Below, piece by piece: positions 8,704 to 18,756 of a DNA stretch of 64,000 bases. Origin of the DNA: Acidobacteriota bacterium (lineage in GTDB: Bacteria; Acidobacteriota; UBA6911; RPQK01; JAJDTT01); NCBI GenBank assembly GCA_965263035.1, contig OZ253580.1, positions 5,280,001 through 5,344,000 of the forward strand, in the 5' to 3' direction. The number at the start of each line of letters is the position of its first letter. The first letter of the stretch is position 1. The translations under genes and the position numbers were made by a program. The notes under the pieces were generated by a model. That model saw only the letters and a program-made list of their open reading frames with translations, did no database searches and was not told where the DNA came from.

Positions 8704-10483
8704 ATGAGTTCGGGACAGTTCGATTTTGCCTTGGCTATAGGATGCCGCCGGTCAGGGAATCGCGACGCCAGGGAACATCCTGGCTCGGATCTTCGTGCGG
8801 CGCGGGATTCATCTGAACGCGTACAACGCCTTTCAATCCATCATTCGTGGTGGGCATATCTTTCTCACCATCCGGCTCCGCGATCGCCATCCGGAGACCC
8901 ACGGCGACAAGCTGGATCTTCTGGTCTGTTTGAATCAGGACACGATGAATCGGCATTTGGGTTTGCTGGGTCCGGGCGCTTGCGCCATCTACAACAGCGA
9001 CGCCATCAAGCCCGGTGATGCCGCCGACGGAGTCCAGTTGTGTCCCATGCCGGTGGTGGACCTGACCAGCGGCAATCGGAACCGGTTGATCCAGAACACC
9101 GTTGGCCTGGGTGTGATCGTCTCCCTGTTGCGATTGGACTTCGATGTCCTGGCCGCCGCGTTGAAGCTCCAGTTCCAACGGAAAGGTTCGGCCGTGGTGG
9201 ACGAAAACGTCTCGGTCGCAGAAGCGGGTTATCAGTTCGCCGAAGACAACTTCGATCCTTTTCCGACCAGAGCTCCGGAGGGTCCCAAACCGCTTGCGGT
9301 CTGGACAGGGAACGATGCCCTTGCCATGGGGGGAGCCGCCGCCGGCTGTAAATTTTATTGTGCCTATCCCATGAGCCCGTCCACCGGCGTGCTCCATTGG
9401 ATGGCCATGAACGCCCCTGAACTGGGCATTATGGTGCGCCAGGTCGAGGACGAGATCGGGGTTGCCAACATGGCCATCGGTGCGGCGCATGCCGGGTGCC
9501 GGAGCATGTGCGCCACCTCGGGTGGTGGATTCGCTCTCATGACCGAGGCCATCGGCGCCTCCGCGATGATGGAGATCCCGGTGGTCTTCATCAACGTGCA
9601 GCGGGCGGGTCCGTCCACCGGAGTCCCCACCAAGACGGAGCAGGGGGATCTGTGGCAGATGCTGGGGGCGAGCCAGGGAGACTTCCAGCGCTTCATCGTG
9701 GCGCCCAAGGACGCGCTGGATGCCTTCAATACCATTCCCGAGGTCTTCAACTTGACGGATCGGTATCAGTGCCCGGGCATGGTTCTTTCCGATCTCCTGA
9801 TTTCAGAGGGAACCTTCAGCGTCGACCCGGACGAAATCGACTTCCAGCCCCCGATTGACCGTGGCCAATTGATCACCGAGCACTCCCCAACCGACGGGTA
9901 CAAGCGCTACCTGGACACCGACGACGGAGTCTCTCCGAGGGCCATTCCGGGGCTGGAGGGCTATGTCCATGTCGTGGCCACCGACGAGCACGATGAGGAC
10001 GGCGTGCTGATCAGCGACGAGTTCACCAATCCCCACAAGCGCCGCCAGATGGTGGAGAAAAGAGACCGCAAATTCGCCAAGGTGCTGGAAGACATCGAGG
10101 CCCCCCAGTTGGAAGGCCCGGCCGTCCCTGAGGCGACCCTGGTGGGTTGGGGATCCACGTACGGCGTCATCAAAGAGGCCATTGGCCAGCTCAAGGAGCA
10201 GGGAGTCCAGGTCAACCATCTGCCCATCAAATGGATCGTCCCGTTGCACGGCGACGCCATCCTGGAAACTCTGGGACGGGCCCAGCGGACCATCATCGTC
10301 GAGAACAACCATTCGGGACAGTTCGCCCGGTATCTGCGGGGCGAGACCGGCTTCGTGGCCGACGGCCACATTCGAAAATACGACGGCGAACCCTTCATGC
10401 CCCACCACATCGTGGAAGCCGTGCTGGAGCAGTTGAGAGGTAAAACGAACCACTCCGTTCCTTACCAGGAGGTCATGGTATAG
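8704..10483 (+). CDS. korA: 2-oxoacid:ferredoxin oxidoreductase alpha subunit, frameshifted near 8743
   Basis: YPMSPST, EDEI, TSGGGFALM, QRAGPSTGVPT. The N-terminus MSSGQFDFALAIG (from 8704, RBS GAGGAG) is out of frame with AAGQGIATPGNILARIFVRRG (from 8744). Confidence 0.88.
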
Positions 10484-10537
10484 GATTCGAAAACAGGTCG
10501 GTTTCGGTCGGACGCCGACCCACGAAAGGGAAGCATC

Positions 10538-11440
10538 ATGAATATGGCTGTCACTCAGCAAGCGTCGGTCACGCCCTTAAAGCCAAAAGATTTCAAGGGC
10601 AAAGTCGAACCGGACTGGTGCGCCGGGTGCGGAGACTTCGGGGTGTTGCGGACGTTGCAGAGAGCCTGCGCCGAGTTGGGTCTCCGGCCTCATCAGATCC
10701 TCACCGTGAGCGGGATCGGATGCTCTTCGAACCTGCCGGGCTATTTCAACGGCTACGGGATGCACACCCTGCACGGCCGGTCCCTGGCGGTGGCCACGGG
10801 GGCCCAGTTGGCCAATCATGAGCTGACCGTGGTGGCGACGGGCGGCGACGGTGACGGCTATGGAATCGGAGGCAACCATTTCACCCACACGGCCCGCCGC
10901 AACGTGGATATGACCTACCTGGTCATGAACAATCAGATCTATGGCCTCACCACCGGGCAGGTCTCTCCCACCAGCTCGGAGGGAATGAAAACCAAAAGCA
11001 CTCCTTTTGGGAGCGTCGAGGTGCCGGTGAACCCCATCACCTCCGCCATCATGAGCGGCGCCACCTACGTGGCTCGCGGGTTCAGTGGACAGGCGCGCCA
11101 GTTGTTGGATCTCGTCAAGCAGGCCATCCTGCACAAGGGCTTTGCCCTGGTTGACGTTTTCAGCCCCTGTGTCACCTTCAACCACGACAACGACTACAAG
11201 TTTTTCAAGCCCCGGGTCAGAAGGTTGGAAGACCTGGGGCACGACACCTCGGACTGGAAAGCCGCTTGCGAAAAAGCGATGGTCTGGGGTGACGATATCT
11301 ATATCGGCTGCTTCTTTCAGAAGCTGGCGCCGTCTTTGCACAGCCTGGAAAGCGTTCTGGACGAAGGCGGACCCCTGGCGCACAGAAAGCTGGGAATTTC
11401 CAACGAGCAGGCGCAACGCATCATCAAGCGGATGATGTAG
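10538..11440 (+). CDS. korB: 2-oxoacid:ferredoxin oxidoreductase beta subunit
   Basis: WCAGCGD, SGIGCSS, HTLHGR, GGDGD TPP motif, YGLTTGQ, SPCVTFN. Confidence 0.95.
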   Translation: MNMAVTQQASVTPLKPKDFKGKVEPDWCAGCGDFGVLRTLQRACAELGLRPHQILTVSGIGCSSNLPGYFNGYGMHTLHGRSLAVATGAQLANHELTVVATGGDGDGYGIGGNHFTHTARRNVDMTYLVMNNQIYGLTTGQVSPTSSEGMKTKSTPFGSVEVPVNPITSAIMSGATYVARGFSGQARQLLDLVKQAILHKGFALVDVFSPCVTFNHDNDYKFFKPRVRRLEDLGHDTSDWKAACEKAMVWGDDIYIGCFFQKLAPSLHSLESVLDEGGPLAHRKLGISNEQAQRIIKRMM

Positions 11441-11749
11441 CCTTGACGACGCGGGCCTTCACGGCACCGCCGATTCACCACGAGGCCGGACCGGACCCGG
11501 GATCGCGACTATCCGGGGCCGCTGGTATCTTGACTACTTGTCGTCGGGTGGGACGTTCAGAGGCTGGGGACGCTTCGTTCGGATTCTGATGGAGCGGCAT
11601 TCCCGGGACATCGACTGCCGGGAATGTCAGCTCCAGCTGCCGTGACCGGGGAGATCGCGAGATTGTCCTCCCCGTAGCGGGCCGCCGGAGGCTTCAGTTA
11701 TGAAGCGGGCGATTCTGGCCGACGAATCCCTCTATCCTCAAGCCCGAGG

Positions 11750-12040
11750 GTGGGACAGGACCTCCAAAATAATCTGGCTCTCGCCATACTCAATCAGGCG
11801 TTTCGGGACATCGTATCCCCGAACCGGTCCTCCCGGGAGTGGAGATTCTGGGAGCAGGACGCATTGCAATGGTTCGCCGCCTCGGAGGACCATCCCGGCA
11901 GCTTCCAATGGGTCTGCGGGATACTGGACCTGAACTCCTCGGAGTTGCGGAGATGGCTCGATTCGTACCGGCACGGCGGAACCGGTCGACGCCGGGAAAT
12001 GGCTTGCAAGCTCATTCGTTTCCGTTTCCACGGGGAGTAA
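11750..12040 (+). CDS. small conserved-type hypothetical protein
   Basis: LALAILNQAFRD...ALQWF...SFQWVCGILDL pattern; ends 13 bp before hemG. Confidence 0.55.
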   Translation: MGQDLQNNLALAILNQAFRDIVSPNRSSREWRFWEQDALQWFAASEDHPGSFQWVCGILDLNSSELRRWLDSYRHGGTGRRREMACKLIRFRFHGE

Positions 12041-12053
12041 GTTCGTCGCCTCA

Positions 12054-13460
12054 ATGCCTTCGAGACAGAGGGTAGGAATCGTCGGCGGCGGCCTCTCCGG
12101 ACTGGCGGCGGCCTACTACCTGACCCGAGAGAACGCCGCCAAGGGACTGGACCTGGAGATTACGCTCCTGGAGAAGTCCCCTCGCCTGGGCGGAGTCATC
12201 CGATCCAGACGAGTGGATGATTTCCTCCTGGAAGACGGCCCCGAGGCCTTTGTCTCCTACAAGCCCGCAGCTCGGAGACTGGTTGAGGAACTGGGTCTCG
12301 GTGCCGACCTTCTGGGTTCAAGGGATGACCGGCGCAAAGTCTACGTGCTGGACCAGGATGGTCTGAACCCCCTTCCGGAAGGCATGGTCTTTCTGGCCCC
12401 GGTTCGGACGCGAGCCTTCTGGTCCACGGCTTCATTGAGTCCCGCGGGTAAGGTACGAGCCCTGCTGGAACCGTGGATCCCACGAACCCGGAAGGACACC
12501 AGTGTCCAGGACTTTTTCCATCGACGCCTGGGCCAGGAGTTCACCCGCCGGGTCGCGGAGCCCCTGGTTTCTGCCATCTACGGCGGCAACATCCGTCGCT
12601 TGAGCATGGCCAGCGCTCTGCCTCTTCTCTATCGGTTGGAGCAGAGTCAGGGAAGCCTCCGGAAGGGGTTCCTGCGGCGGCCTCTCCAGAGTGCCAGCGA
12701 CCCTATGCCCCTCTTTTTGACCCTCCGCCACGGCATGGAGCAGTTGGTGGAGGCCCTCTGCAATAGCCTTGAGGGAGTGACGATCCACACCGGAGTCTCC
12801 GGGCTTCGCCTCGCCCCTGCTGCCGGGGGCAGATATTTCTTGAAAGGAAACGGGTTCGAAGGAGTGCAGGACATGGTCATCCTGTCGACACCGGCTCCGG
12901 CCGCCTCACGGCTGCTGGCCGGACTCGCCTCGGAGGAGGACTCTCCACTCAGCCGGGTTCCCTATACCTCGACTCAGATCATCTACTTGGCCTACAGACG
13001 CTCCGAGTTCTCGCACCCGCTGAACGGATTCGGCTTCGTCGCAGCGGAAGGAGCAGACACGGTGCTGGATGCCTGCACTTGGGTCAGCAGCAAATTCGAT
13101 GACCGTTGCCCGCCGGAATCGGTTTTGCTCCGCTGCGCCGTTCACGACGGACGCCGGCGCCGCGAGCCGGCGAGTGAAGAAGAACTCGTGAGCAGGACCC
13201 ACCAGGAACTGCGGCGGATTCTGGGCATCTCTTGCGCTCCAACGCTGCATCATGTCTGGGACCACGGCCCGGCCATGCCCCAACCAGTCGCGGGTCATTC
13301 CGACAGAATCGAGAGATCCCGTGCCAGCCTGCACCGATTTCCCGGGATCTACCTGACCGGCGCTTTCGTAGGCGGCGTCGGAATCCCCGATTGCATCGAG
13401 ACCAGCAGAAAAGTCGCTGAGGAGGTTGCGGGCGAGGCTCGCAACCGAAACCGCGGCTGA
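12054..13460 (+). CDS. hemG: protoporphyrinogen/coproporphyrinogen oxidase (HemY type)
   Basis: GGGLSGLAAAY, RLGGVI, GPEAF, AIYGG, GFGF, GVGIPDCI. Confidence 0.92.
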   Translation: MPSRQRVGIVGGGLSGLAAAYYLTRENAAKGLDLEITLLEKSPRLGGVIRSRRVDDFLLEDGPEAFVSYKPAARRLVEELGLGADLLGSRDDRRKVYVLDQDGLNPLPEGMVFLAPVRTRAFWSTASLSPAGKVRALLEPWIPRTRKDTSVQDFFHRRLGQEFTRRVAEPLVSAIYGGNIRRLSMASALPLLYRLEQSQGSLRKGFLRRPLQSASDPMPLFLTLRHGMEQLVEALCNSLEGVTIHTGVSGLRLAPAAGGRYFLKGNGFEGVQDMVILSTPAPAASRLLAGLASEEDSPLSRVPYTSTQIIYLAYRRSEFSHPLNGFGFVAAEGADTVLDACTWVSSKFDDRCPPESVLLRCAVHDGRRRREPASEEELVSRTHQELRRILGISCAPTLHHVWDHGPAMPQPVAGHSDRIERSRASLHRFPGIYLTGAFVGGVGIPDCIETSRKVAEEVAGEARNRNRG

Positions 13461-13465
13461 GCCTC

Positions 13466-14485
13466 TTACTCATCAGCGGCGTCGCGGGCACAGCGAAAAC
13501 CCAGATTCGTCAGGCCTGAATCGGGAGCCGTCTTCTGCCGTGCCGCCACCCGGTAGCCCTGGCAGTAGTTGACGCTGCACATCCAGGATCCTCCCCGGAT
13601 CACTCTCTCGGACCCCTTCGCGGGGCCCGCCGGATCCCGGGCGCCGTCGGAATGGCGATAGTAGTCGTTCCGGTACCAGTCCCGGGTCCATTCCCAAACG
13701 TTTCCGGCCATGTCGTAGAGCCCGTAGCCGTTGGCGGGAAAGGATCCGACCGGCGCCGTGGTGCGGAACCCGTCCAGCAACTCGTGCCGGAAGGGAAACA
13801 ATCCCTGCCAGAGGTTGGCCATGTGTTGTTTGCCGGGATTGAGGTCGGCACCCCACGGAAACGGACCCTGATCCGAGCCGCCGCGGGCCGCCCATTCCCA
13901 CTCCGCTTCGGTGGGCAGCCGCTTGCCTGCCCATTGGGCGTAGGCAACGGCATCATTCCACGAGACCTGTACCACCGGGTGGTCCAGCCGATCCTCCAGG
14001 GAGGAACCGGGACCGGTGGGATGTCTCCAGGAAGCGCCCGTTACGGGTCGCCAGCTCTCGCCCTCTTCGGAGAATACGCCCGACCAACCGTAGCTCTCCG
14101 CCTCGGTGCGGTGGTTGGTCTCCTGGACGAAGACGCGAAACTGGCTATTCGTGACCTCGTAGCGGTCTAGCCAAAAGGAGCTGATGCTGACTTTGTGTGG
14201 TGGCCCCTCGAAGGGAAATCCTTGGTCCGTTCCCATGAGAAACGTGCCGGCGGGTATTCGAGCCATCTCCTCGGGCGATGGGGTTGGGTGGGTTCGACAG
14301 GAGGAGAGCAACAGGCTGAGAAGACATCCTGCGAAGAGAAGGAAGGAGTAAGGAGTGAGGAGTGAGAGAGCGCCGAGGAGACCCGAAACAGAAGCAATTG
14401 ACGAGGCTGACGGAGTCTTCCCTGCTGACGCGGCACCGCGCTGTGGGATGCGGCGCCGGTCGGTAGTGATACCAATTGTCGTCAC
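13466..14485 (-). CDS. formylglycine-generating enzyme (SUMF1/FGE-sulfatase) family lipoprotein
   Basis: HPVVQVSWNDA, RLPTEAEWE, GNVWEW, RGGSWMCSVNYC (both catalytic-region Cys), GFRC; lipobox-like LSSC; start uncertain. Confidence 0.9.
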   Translation of the reverse strand: MTTIGITTDRRRIPQRGAASAGKTPSASSIASVSGLLGALSLLTPYSFLLFAGCLLSLLLSSCRTHPTPSPEEMARIPAGTFLMGTDQGFPFEGPPHKVSISSFWLDRYEVTNSQFRVFVQETNHRTEAESYGWSGVFSEEGESWRPVTGASWRHPTGPGSSLEDRLDHPVVQVSWNDAVAYAQWAGKRLPTEAEWEWAARGGSDQGPFPWGADLNPGKQHMANLWQGLFPFRHELLDGFRTTAPVGSFPANGYGLYDMAGNVWEWTRDWYRNDYYRHSDGARDPAGPAKGSERVIRGGSWMCSVNYCQGYRVAARQKTAPDSGLTNLGFRCARDAADE

Positions 14486-14491
14486 GAGCGG

Positions 14492-16288
14492 TTACGCCGC
14501 GGCGCCGGCGGTCCTCCGCCGATTGAACAGGCCCAGCAGTCCCGCCGAGAAGAGTGTGACCAGACAGGAACTGGGAAGTACCCACATCCAGGAGACGGCC
14601 TTGACCTTGACCAGAAGCCGGTTGCCCGCAATCTCGATGGAATCGTCGGGCCGGATCTGGGTTTGAGTGACGGGCTCATCGTTGATTCGGGTTTCGCCCA
14701 AGCTCTCCAACTGCCAGCCGTCTTCGGTTCTCCGGACGATGGCGTGCCGTTCGGCCACGCCTTCACCGGCCAGGACGAACTCGTTCGTCCCCGAGTCCGA
14801 TCCGATGGTGTTGTCCCCATCCCTTGAGGGCTCCCAGCGCATGGTCTCGGACTGACCGGGCGCCTCCACATAGAGGAATATGTCCGGGTGGGTCTGCAAC
14901 CAGGTGGCGAGGGAGAGGTAGAAACCCACGGCCATGCCCAGAAAGCCGGACACGATCATCATGCGGCCGCTGCAGCGGAATTTCAGGAAGGCTGCAAAGA
15001 ACATCCCGCCCAGCGCTCCGGTGATATAGCTGCTGACCCGAACGGTGAGGTCGAAGAGATTGCCTCGAGTCTCCTCGGGAATGGTATTGAGATACAGGCA
15101 GAACCCGATGGCGAACACGCCCGCCAGGATCGTGATCACGCGTGCCAGCTTGAGCTCCGCCGCCGCGTCGAGGGCCTTCTTGCGCAAGCGGCGGAAAAAG
15201 TCGACCGTCAGCACCGTGGCCACTCCATGCATCCCCGAGTCCAGACTCGACATGGCGGCCGAGAACAGGGCCGCCACCACCAGGCCGGCCAGTCCCCGCG
15301 GCAAACCGTGGGCGATGAAATGGGGGAAGGCCTGGTCGGGCGTGCCGGGGAGTTGGCCCAGGTAGAAGGAATAGAGGGCCATCCCCGTGAGACCGAGGGA
15401 AAGGGCGATGGTCATGTCGGCGCCGAGGTTGGATATGAAGGAGCGCCGGGCGCCCCGCACCGAGCCGGTGGTCAGGTACCGCTGAATGGCCACCTGATCC
15501 GATCCGGCGGTGCAGGTCCACCAGAACAGGGCATAGATGGCCATGCCCAGGAGGCTGACCCGGACATAGGGGTCGAAGGCAAAGAAGGGTTGCGGCTCCC
15601 GATCAGCCTGCATCACGTCGTGGTACCAGGTGGCGGGACCGGTGCCCGTCTCGAAGAAGATGAAGCCTACGGTAAACGCGAGGCCGGCGAAGAGGATGGC
15701 GAACTGGGCCACGTCGGTCCAGATGACCGCCCGCATCCCACCCATGGTGGTGTAGATGATGGCGATGGTGCCGATTCCCACGACCACCCAGACAAAGGGC
15801 AGACCGGTCATCCGGGTCATGGCGAAGGAGGCGGTGTAGACGATCATGCCCATCCAGAACAGCCGGTTGAGCATGAACAGGATCGACGCGAAGAGCCGCG
15901 CGCCGAGACCATATTCGGCCTCCAGGTATTCATAGGCGCTGGTGAAGCGCTTGCGCATGAAGAACGGGATCAGGACCACAGTGACCAGGGCCAGGGTGAA
16001 GGGGATATGCATCTGCCCGCCCCAGATGCCCAGACCGTTTTTGATGATCTCGCCGGGACTGGAGAGGTAGCTGACGGTGGACAGGAGGGTGGCGAACATG
16101 CTCAGACCCACCACGAACCAGGGCATGCTCCGACCCGCCATGAAGTACTCTTCGGTCGATTTCTGCTTCTTGCTGAAGTAGTAACCGGCGATCAACATCA
16201 CGATGAAATAGAGGACGACGGCCCCGAAGTCGATGGATTGGAGGCCATCAAAGCGGTCTGGTCTGCCCTGGTCGAGGGCTAGCAACAT
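14492..16288 (-). CDS. sodium:solute symporter (SSS) with FHA-like insertion before the last TM helix
   Basis: EEYFMAGR, SAYEYLE, GGMRAVIWTD, DQVAIQRYL, AAMSSLDS; ~95-aa beta-rich insert NTIGSDS..VAERHAIV..TRIN..IRPDDSIEIAG. Confidence 0.9.
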   Translation of the reverse strand: MLLALDQGRPDRFDGLQSIDFGAVVLYFIVMLIAGYYFSKKQKSTEEYFMAGRSMPWFVVGLSMFATLLSTVSYLSSPGEIIKNGLGIWGGQMHIPFTLALVTVVLIPFFMRKRFTSAYEYLEAEYGLGARLFASILFMLNRLFWMGMIVYTASFAMTRMTGLPFVWVVVGIGTIAIIYTTMGGMRAVIWTDVAQFAILFAGLAFTVGFIFFETGTGPATWYHDVMQADREPQPFFAFDPYVRVSLLGMAIYALFWWTCTAGSDQVAIQRYLTTGSVRGARRSFISNLGADMTIALSLGLTGMALYSFYLGQLPGTPDQAFPHFIAHGLPRGLAGLVVAALFSAAMSSLDSGMHGVATVLTVDFFRRLRKKALDAAAELKLARVITILAGVFAIGFCLYLNTIPEETRGNLFDLTVRVSSYITGALGGMFFAAFLKFRCSGRMMIVSGFLGMAVGFYLSLATWLQTHPDIFLYVEAPGQSETMRWEPSRDGDNTIGSDSGTNEFVLAGEGVAERHAIVRRTEDGWQLESLGETRINDEPVTQTQIRPDDSIEIAGNRLLVKVKAVSWMWVLPSSCLVTLFSAGLLGLFNRRRTAGAAA

Positions 16289-16390
16289 GGGTTCACTCCT
16301 GTTCTCGCAGTATTGGAAGGTCGATTCGATGCTGGCCGGGTCCGCGCGGAGTCAAGAACTCCCCTTCGCGTTCACGAAGGCCCGACGGTG

Positions 16391-17470
16391 CTATTTCGTT
16401 GCCCGGTAGATCGGCTCACCGATCCCGTGGTCGTAATCCTGGTAATGGGCGGCCAGGACATCGTGTCCAAAGTCTCCATTCCAGTCTCGCCAGACCGTGT
16501 GGCTGTGGTTGGCCCGGTTCTGGGTGTTGGCGTATTCGATGAGAAAATCCGGTGTCTGGACCCTGTAGTAGACCCCTTCTCCGGGCTCGGTCCCTCCAGC
16601 CCAGGCGAAGTGGATTTTCTCCCTGGGGGCCCCGTCGAAGCGATCCATTCTCCCCTTCGTAATCGTGACGGAACCGTTGGCGGCATACTCGTTCACCAGG
16701 CTCCGCAGCGCCTGATACTGGTCGTCGGTGAGCTCGGCGGCGGGCAGCCCGGGAGGTTCGTTGACCAGTCGCGCCCTCTGGTCGACGAAGCTCAGGATGT
16801 CCCGGTAGGCGACGTGCTGCACGACGGCGTGTTCACGCTGCGCGGATTCGAGGCTCTGCAGCAGCTGTTTCGCCTTGTCCTCTTCCGCGCCCAGCACTCT
16901 CAGGCCCTTTTCGGGGCCCCGGCGGACCTCGTGCGGATTGGCGCCGAAGAAGGCCGGGGTGGCGGAGACCAACTTGCCATCCTGGATGGTGAAATTCAGC
17001 GAAAGATGGTGTCCTTCCAGCCGCCAGCCCCAGGTCCCGGAAGCCGAGGGCGTGCCAAAAATCGCGTAGTAGTACTTTTCCCGGTCACGGTTTCCCGACG
17101 TGTCGTTCTCCAGGAGGCGAAGAATTTCTTCCAGCCGGATCACTCCCTGGACCTTGGTGAATCCCCGGTCGCTGAGACCGGCCCGCAGCAGGTTGTGGGC
17201 CAGCTTCTCCTGTTTGTCGTCCATGTATTTGTAACCGATGCCGGGGCGGGCGTATCCGTAGGCCCCCTGGTATCCGCCGTCGGGGAAGTAATGCCACTCC
17301 AGCCGCTTCTCGGTGTCGAAGGAATACACGCTGACCGCCTTCTGCATGGCGGACAGGGAATCCAAGAAACGATTGGCCTCTCTGATCATGGCTTCACCTT
17401 CCTGGGATACACGGGAGGACGCGACCAGGGAGGCGGTGCCCAGCAACAGGACCAAGAGTCGAAATCTCAT
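16391..17470 (-). CDS. DUF3500 family secreted protein
   Basis: WHYFP, WGWRLEGHHLSLNF, PAFFGANP, YYRVQ, NHSHTVWRD..DFG; signal peptide MRFRLLVLLL. Confidence 0.85.
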   Translation of the reverse strand: MRFRLLVLLLGTASLVASSRVSQEGEAMIREANRFLDSLSAMQKAVSVYSFDTEKRLEWHYFPDGGYQGAYGYARPGIGYKYMDDKQEKLAHNLLRAGLSDRGFTKVQGVIRLEEILRLLENDTSGNRDREKYYYAIFGTPSASGTWGWRLEGHHLSLNFTIQDGKLVSATPAFFGANPHEVRRGPEKGLRVLGAEEDKAKQLLQSLESAQREHAVVQHVAYRDILSFVDQRARLVNEPPGLPAAELTDDQYQALRSLVNEYAANGSVTITKGRMDRFDGAPREKIHFAWAGGTEPGEGVYYRVQTPDFLIEYANTQNRANHSHTVWRDWNGDFGHDVLAAHYQDYDHGIGEPIYRATK

Positions 17471-17613
17471 CAGATCGCTCCATATGGTTCGAAGTGGTTC
17501 GCCGCCCCAGGGCCCCGGGTCGGGGGCGACCGGCGGTCGATTATATCCGCCGAATGAGGTTCCCGCCAGCAAGGGTCCTGGGGGTGCGCCGAATCCGAAT
17601 CCTCAGGGCAGGA

Positions 17614-18687
17614 TCACAAGGGCGGATCGATCCCGAATTTCCGGCTGGTCTCTTCGATCCAGGGGAGCACCGCGGGCGGGACCGGTATGCCGTGGCGGGT
17701 TCGGTGCTGATAGGTGCGGTGTTCCAGCTCGCCCGGGACCAGGACCTGGTCGTGGCCGGGCACGGTGGGGGTCCGGTGCAGGGTGTCGATGAGGTCGTCC
17801 ATCATGGCCTTGAACTCGGCCGGCGGCCGAAACGCCGCGATGTCGATGGCCGTCATCCAATGGTAGTTTTCCCCGGCCACCATGCGCGGGCCGATGTTTC
17901 CGCCGGCCAGCAGTCCACACAGAATATCGACCACCAGCCCCAGCCCGTACCCTTTGTGCCCGCCATGGAGAAGACCGGCGCCCCCCAGGGGCAGGTAGAG
18001 ACCGGACCGGATAGCGGCGGTGGCATCGGTCATGGGGTTTCCAGCTTTGTCCACTATCCAACCTTCCGGCATTTTCTTGTTGGCCAGGTGTGAGATGTAC
18101 ACCTTTCCACCGGCGACCACCGTGGTGGCCATATCCAGCTCGAACGGAGGATGTTTCCCGGCGGGAGCCGCCACGCTCAGGGGGTTGGTGCCCAGGCGCG
18201 CCTTGCGGCCGAAGGTGGGGACGGCAGCCGGCGTCGTGTTGGTCATGGCGATTCCGATCATGTCCTGATCCGCAGCCATGAGGGGATAGAAGGAACACAT
18301 TCCCAGGTGGGTGCTTCGGGTCACCGAAACCATGCCGATGCCATGGATGCGAGCCCGTCCCATGGCCAGTTCCATGGCTTCCCAAGCCGCAATGTGCCCA
18401 AACCCCCAGTCTCCATCCAACAACAGGGCGGCACCCTGGTCCCGCAGAATCCTGAGGTCCGGCTCCAGGTTGATTTGTCTCAGGTCGGCCCGGATCTGAT
18501 CAATGCGGTCCAGGTAAGGCTGCAGGCAGACGAAGACGCCGTGGGTGTCCACCCCTCTCAGATCGGCTTTGATCATGACCTCGGTGACCCGCTCCGCGTC
18601 CCGGGGCGGGGTTCCCTTGGCCAGCAGGACCTGCTCGGTCCAGCGGCGGAGGGGTTCGGCGTGGACGCAGGTTTCAGCTTGGCTCAT
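17614..18687 (-). CDS. Ldh_2 family (malate/L-lactate/sulfolactate-type) oxidoreductase
   Basis: ADLRGVDTHG, GTNPLS, LDMATT, GHKGYGL, VLVPGE. Confidence 0.92.
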   Translation of the reverse strand: MSQAETCVHAEPLRRWTEQVLLAKGTPPRDAERVTEVMIKADLRGVDTHGVFVCLQPYLDRIDQIRADLRQINLEPDLRILRDQGAALLLDGDWGFGHIAAWEAMELAMGRARIHGIGMVSVTRSTHLGMCSFYPLMAADQDMIGIAMTNTTPAAVPTFGRKARLGTNPLSVAAPAGKHPPFELDMATTVVAGGKVYISHLANKKMPEGWIVDKAGNPMTDATAAIRSGLYLPLGGAGLLHGGHKGYGLGLVVDILCGLLAGGNIGPRMVAGENYHWMTAIDIAAFRPPAEFKAMMDDLIDTLHRTPTVPGHDQVLVPGELEHRTYQHRTRHGIPVPPAVLPWIEETSRKFGIDPPL

Positions 18688-18756
18688 GGTCCCGCCTTCT
18701 TCCTTGTCGATGCCGTCGGGATCTCGCTCCGCCGGCTGCAGAGCCCTCGAAGCGGA

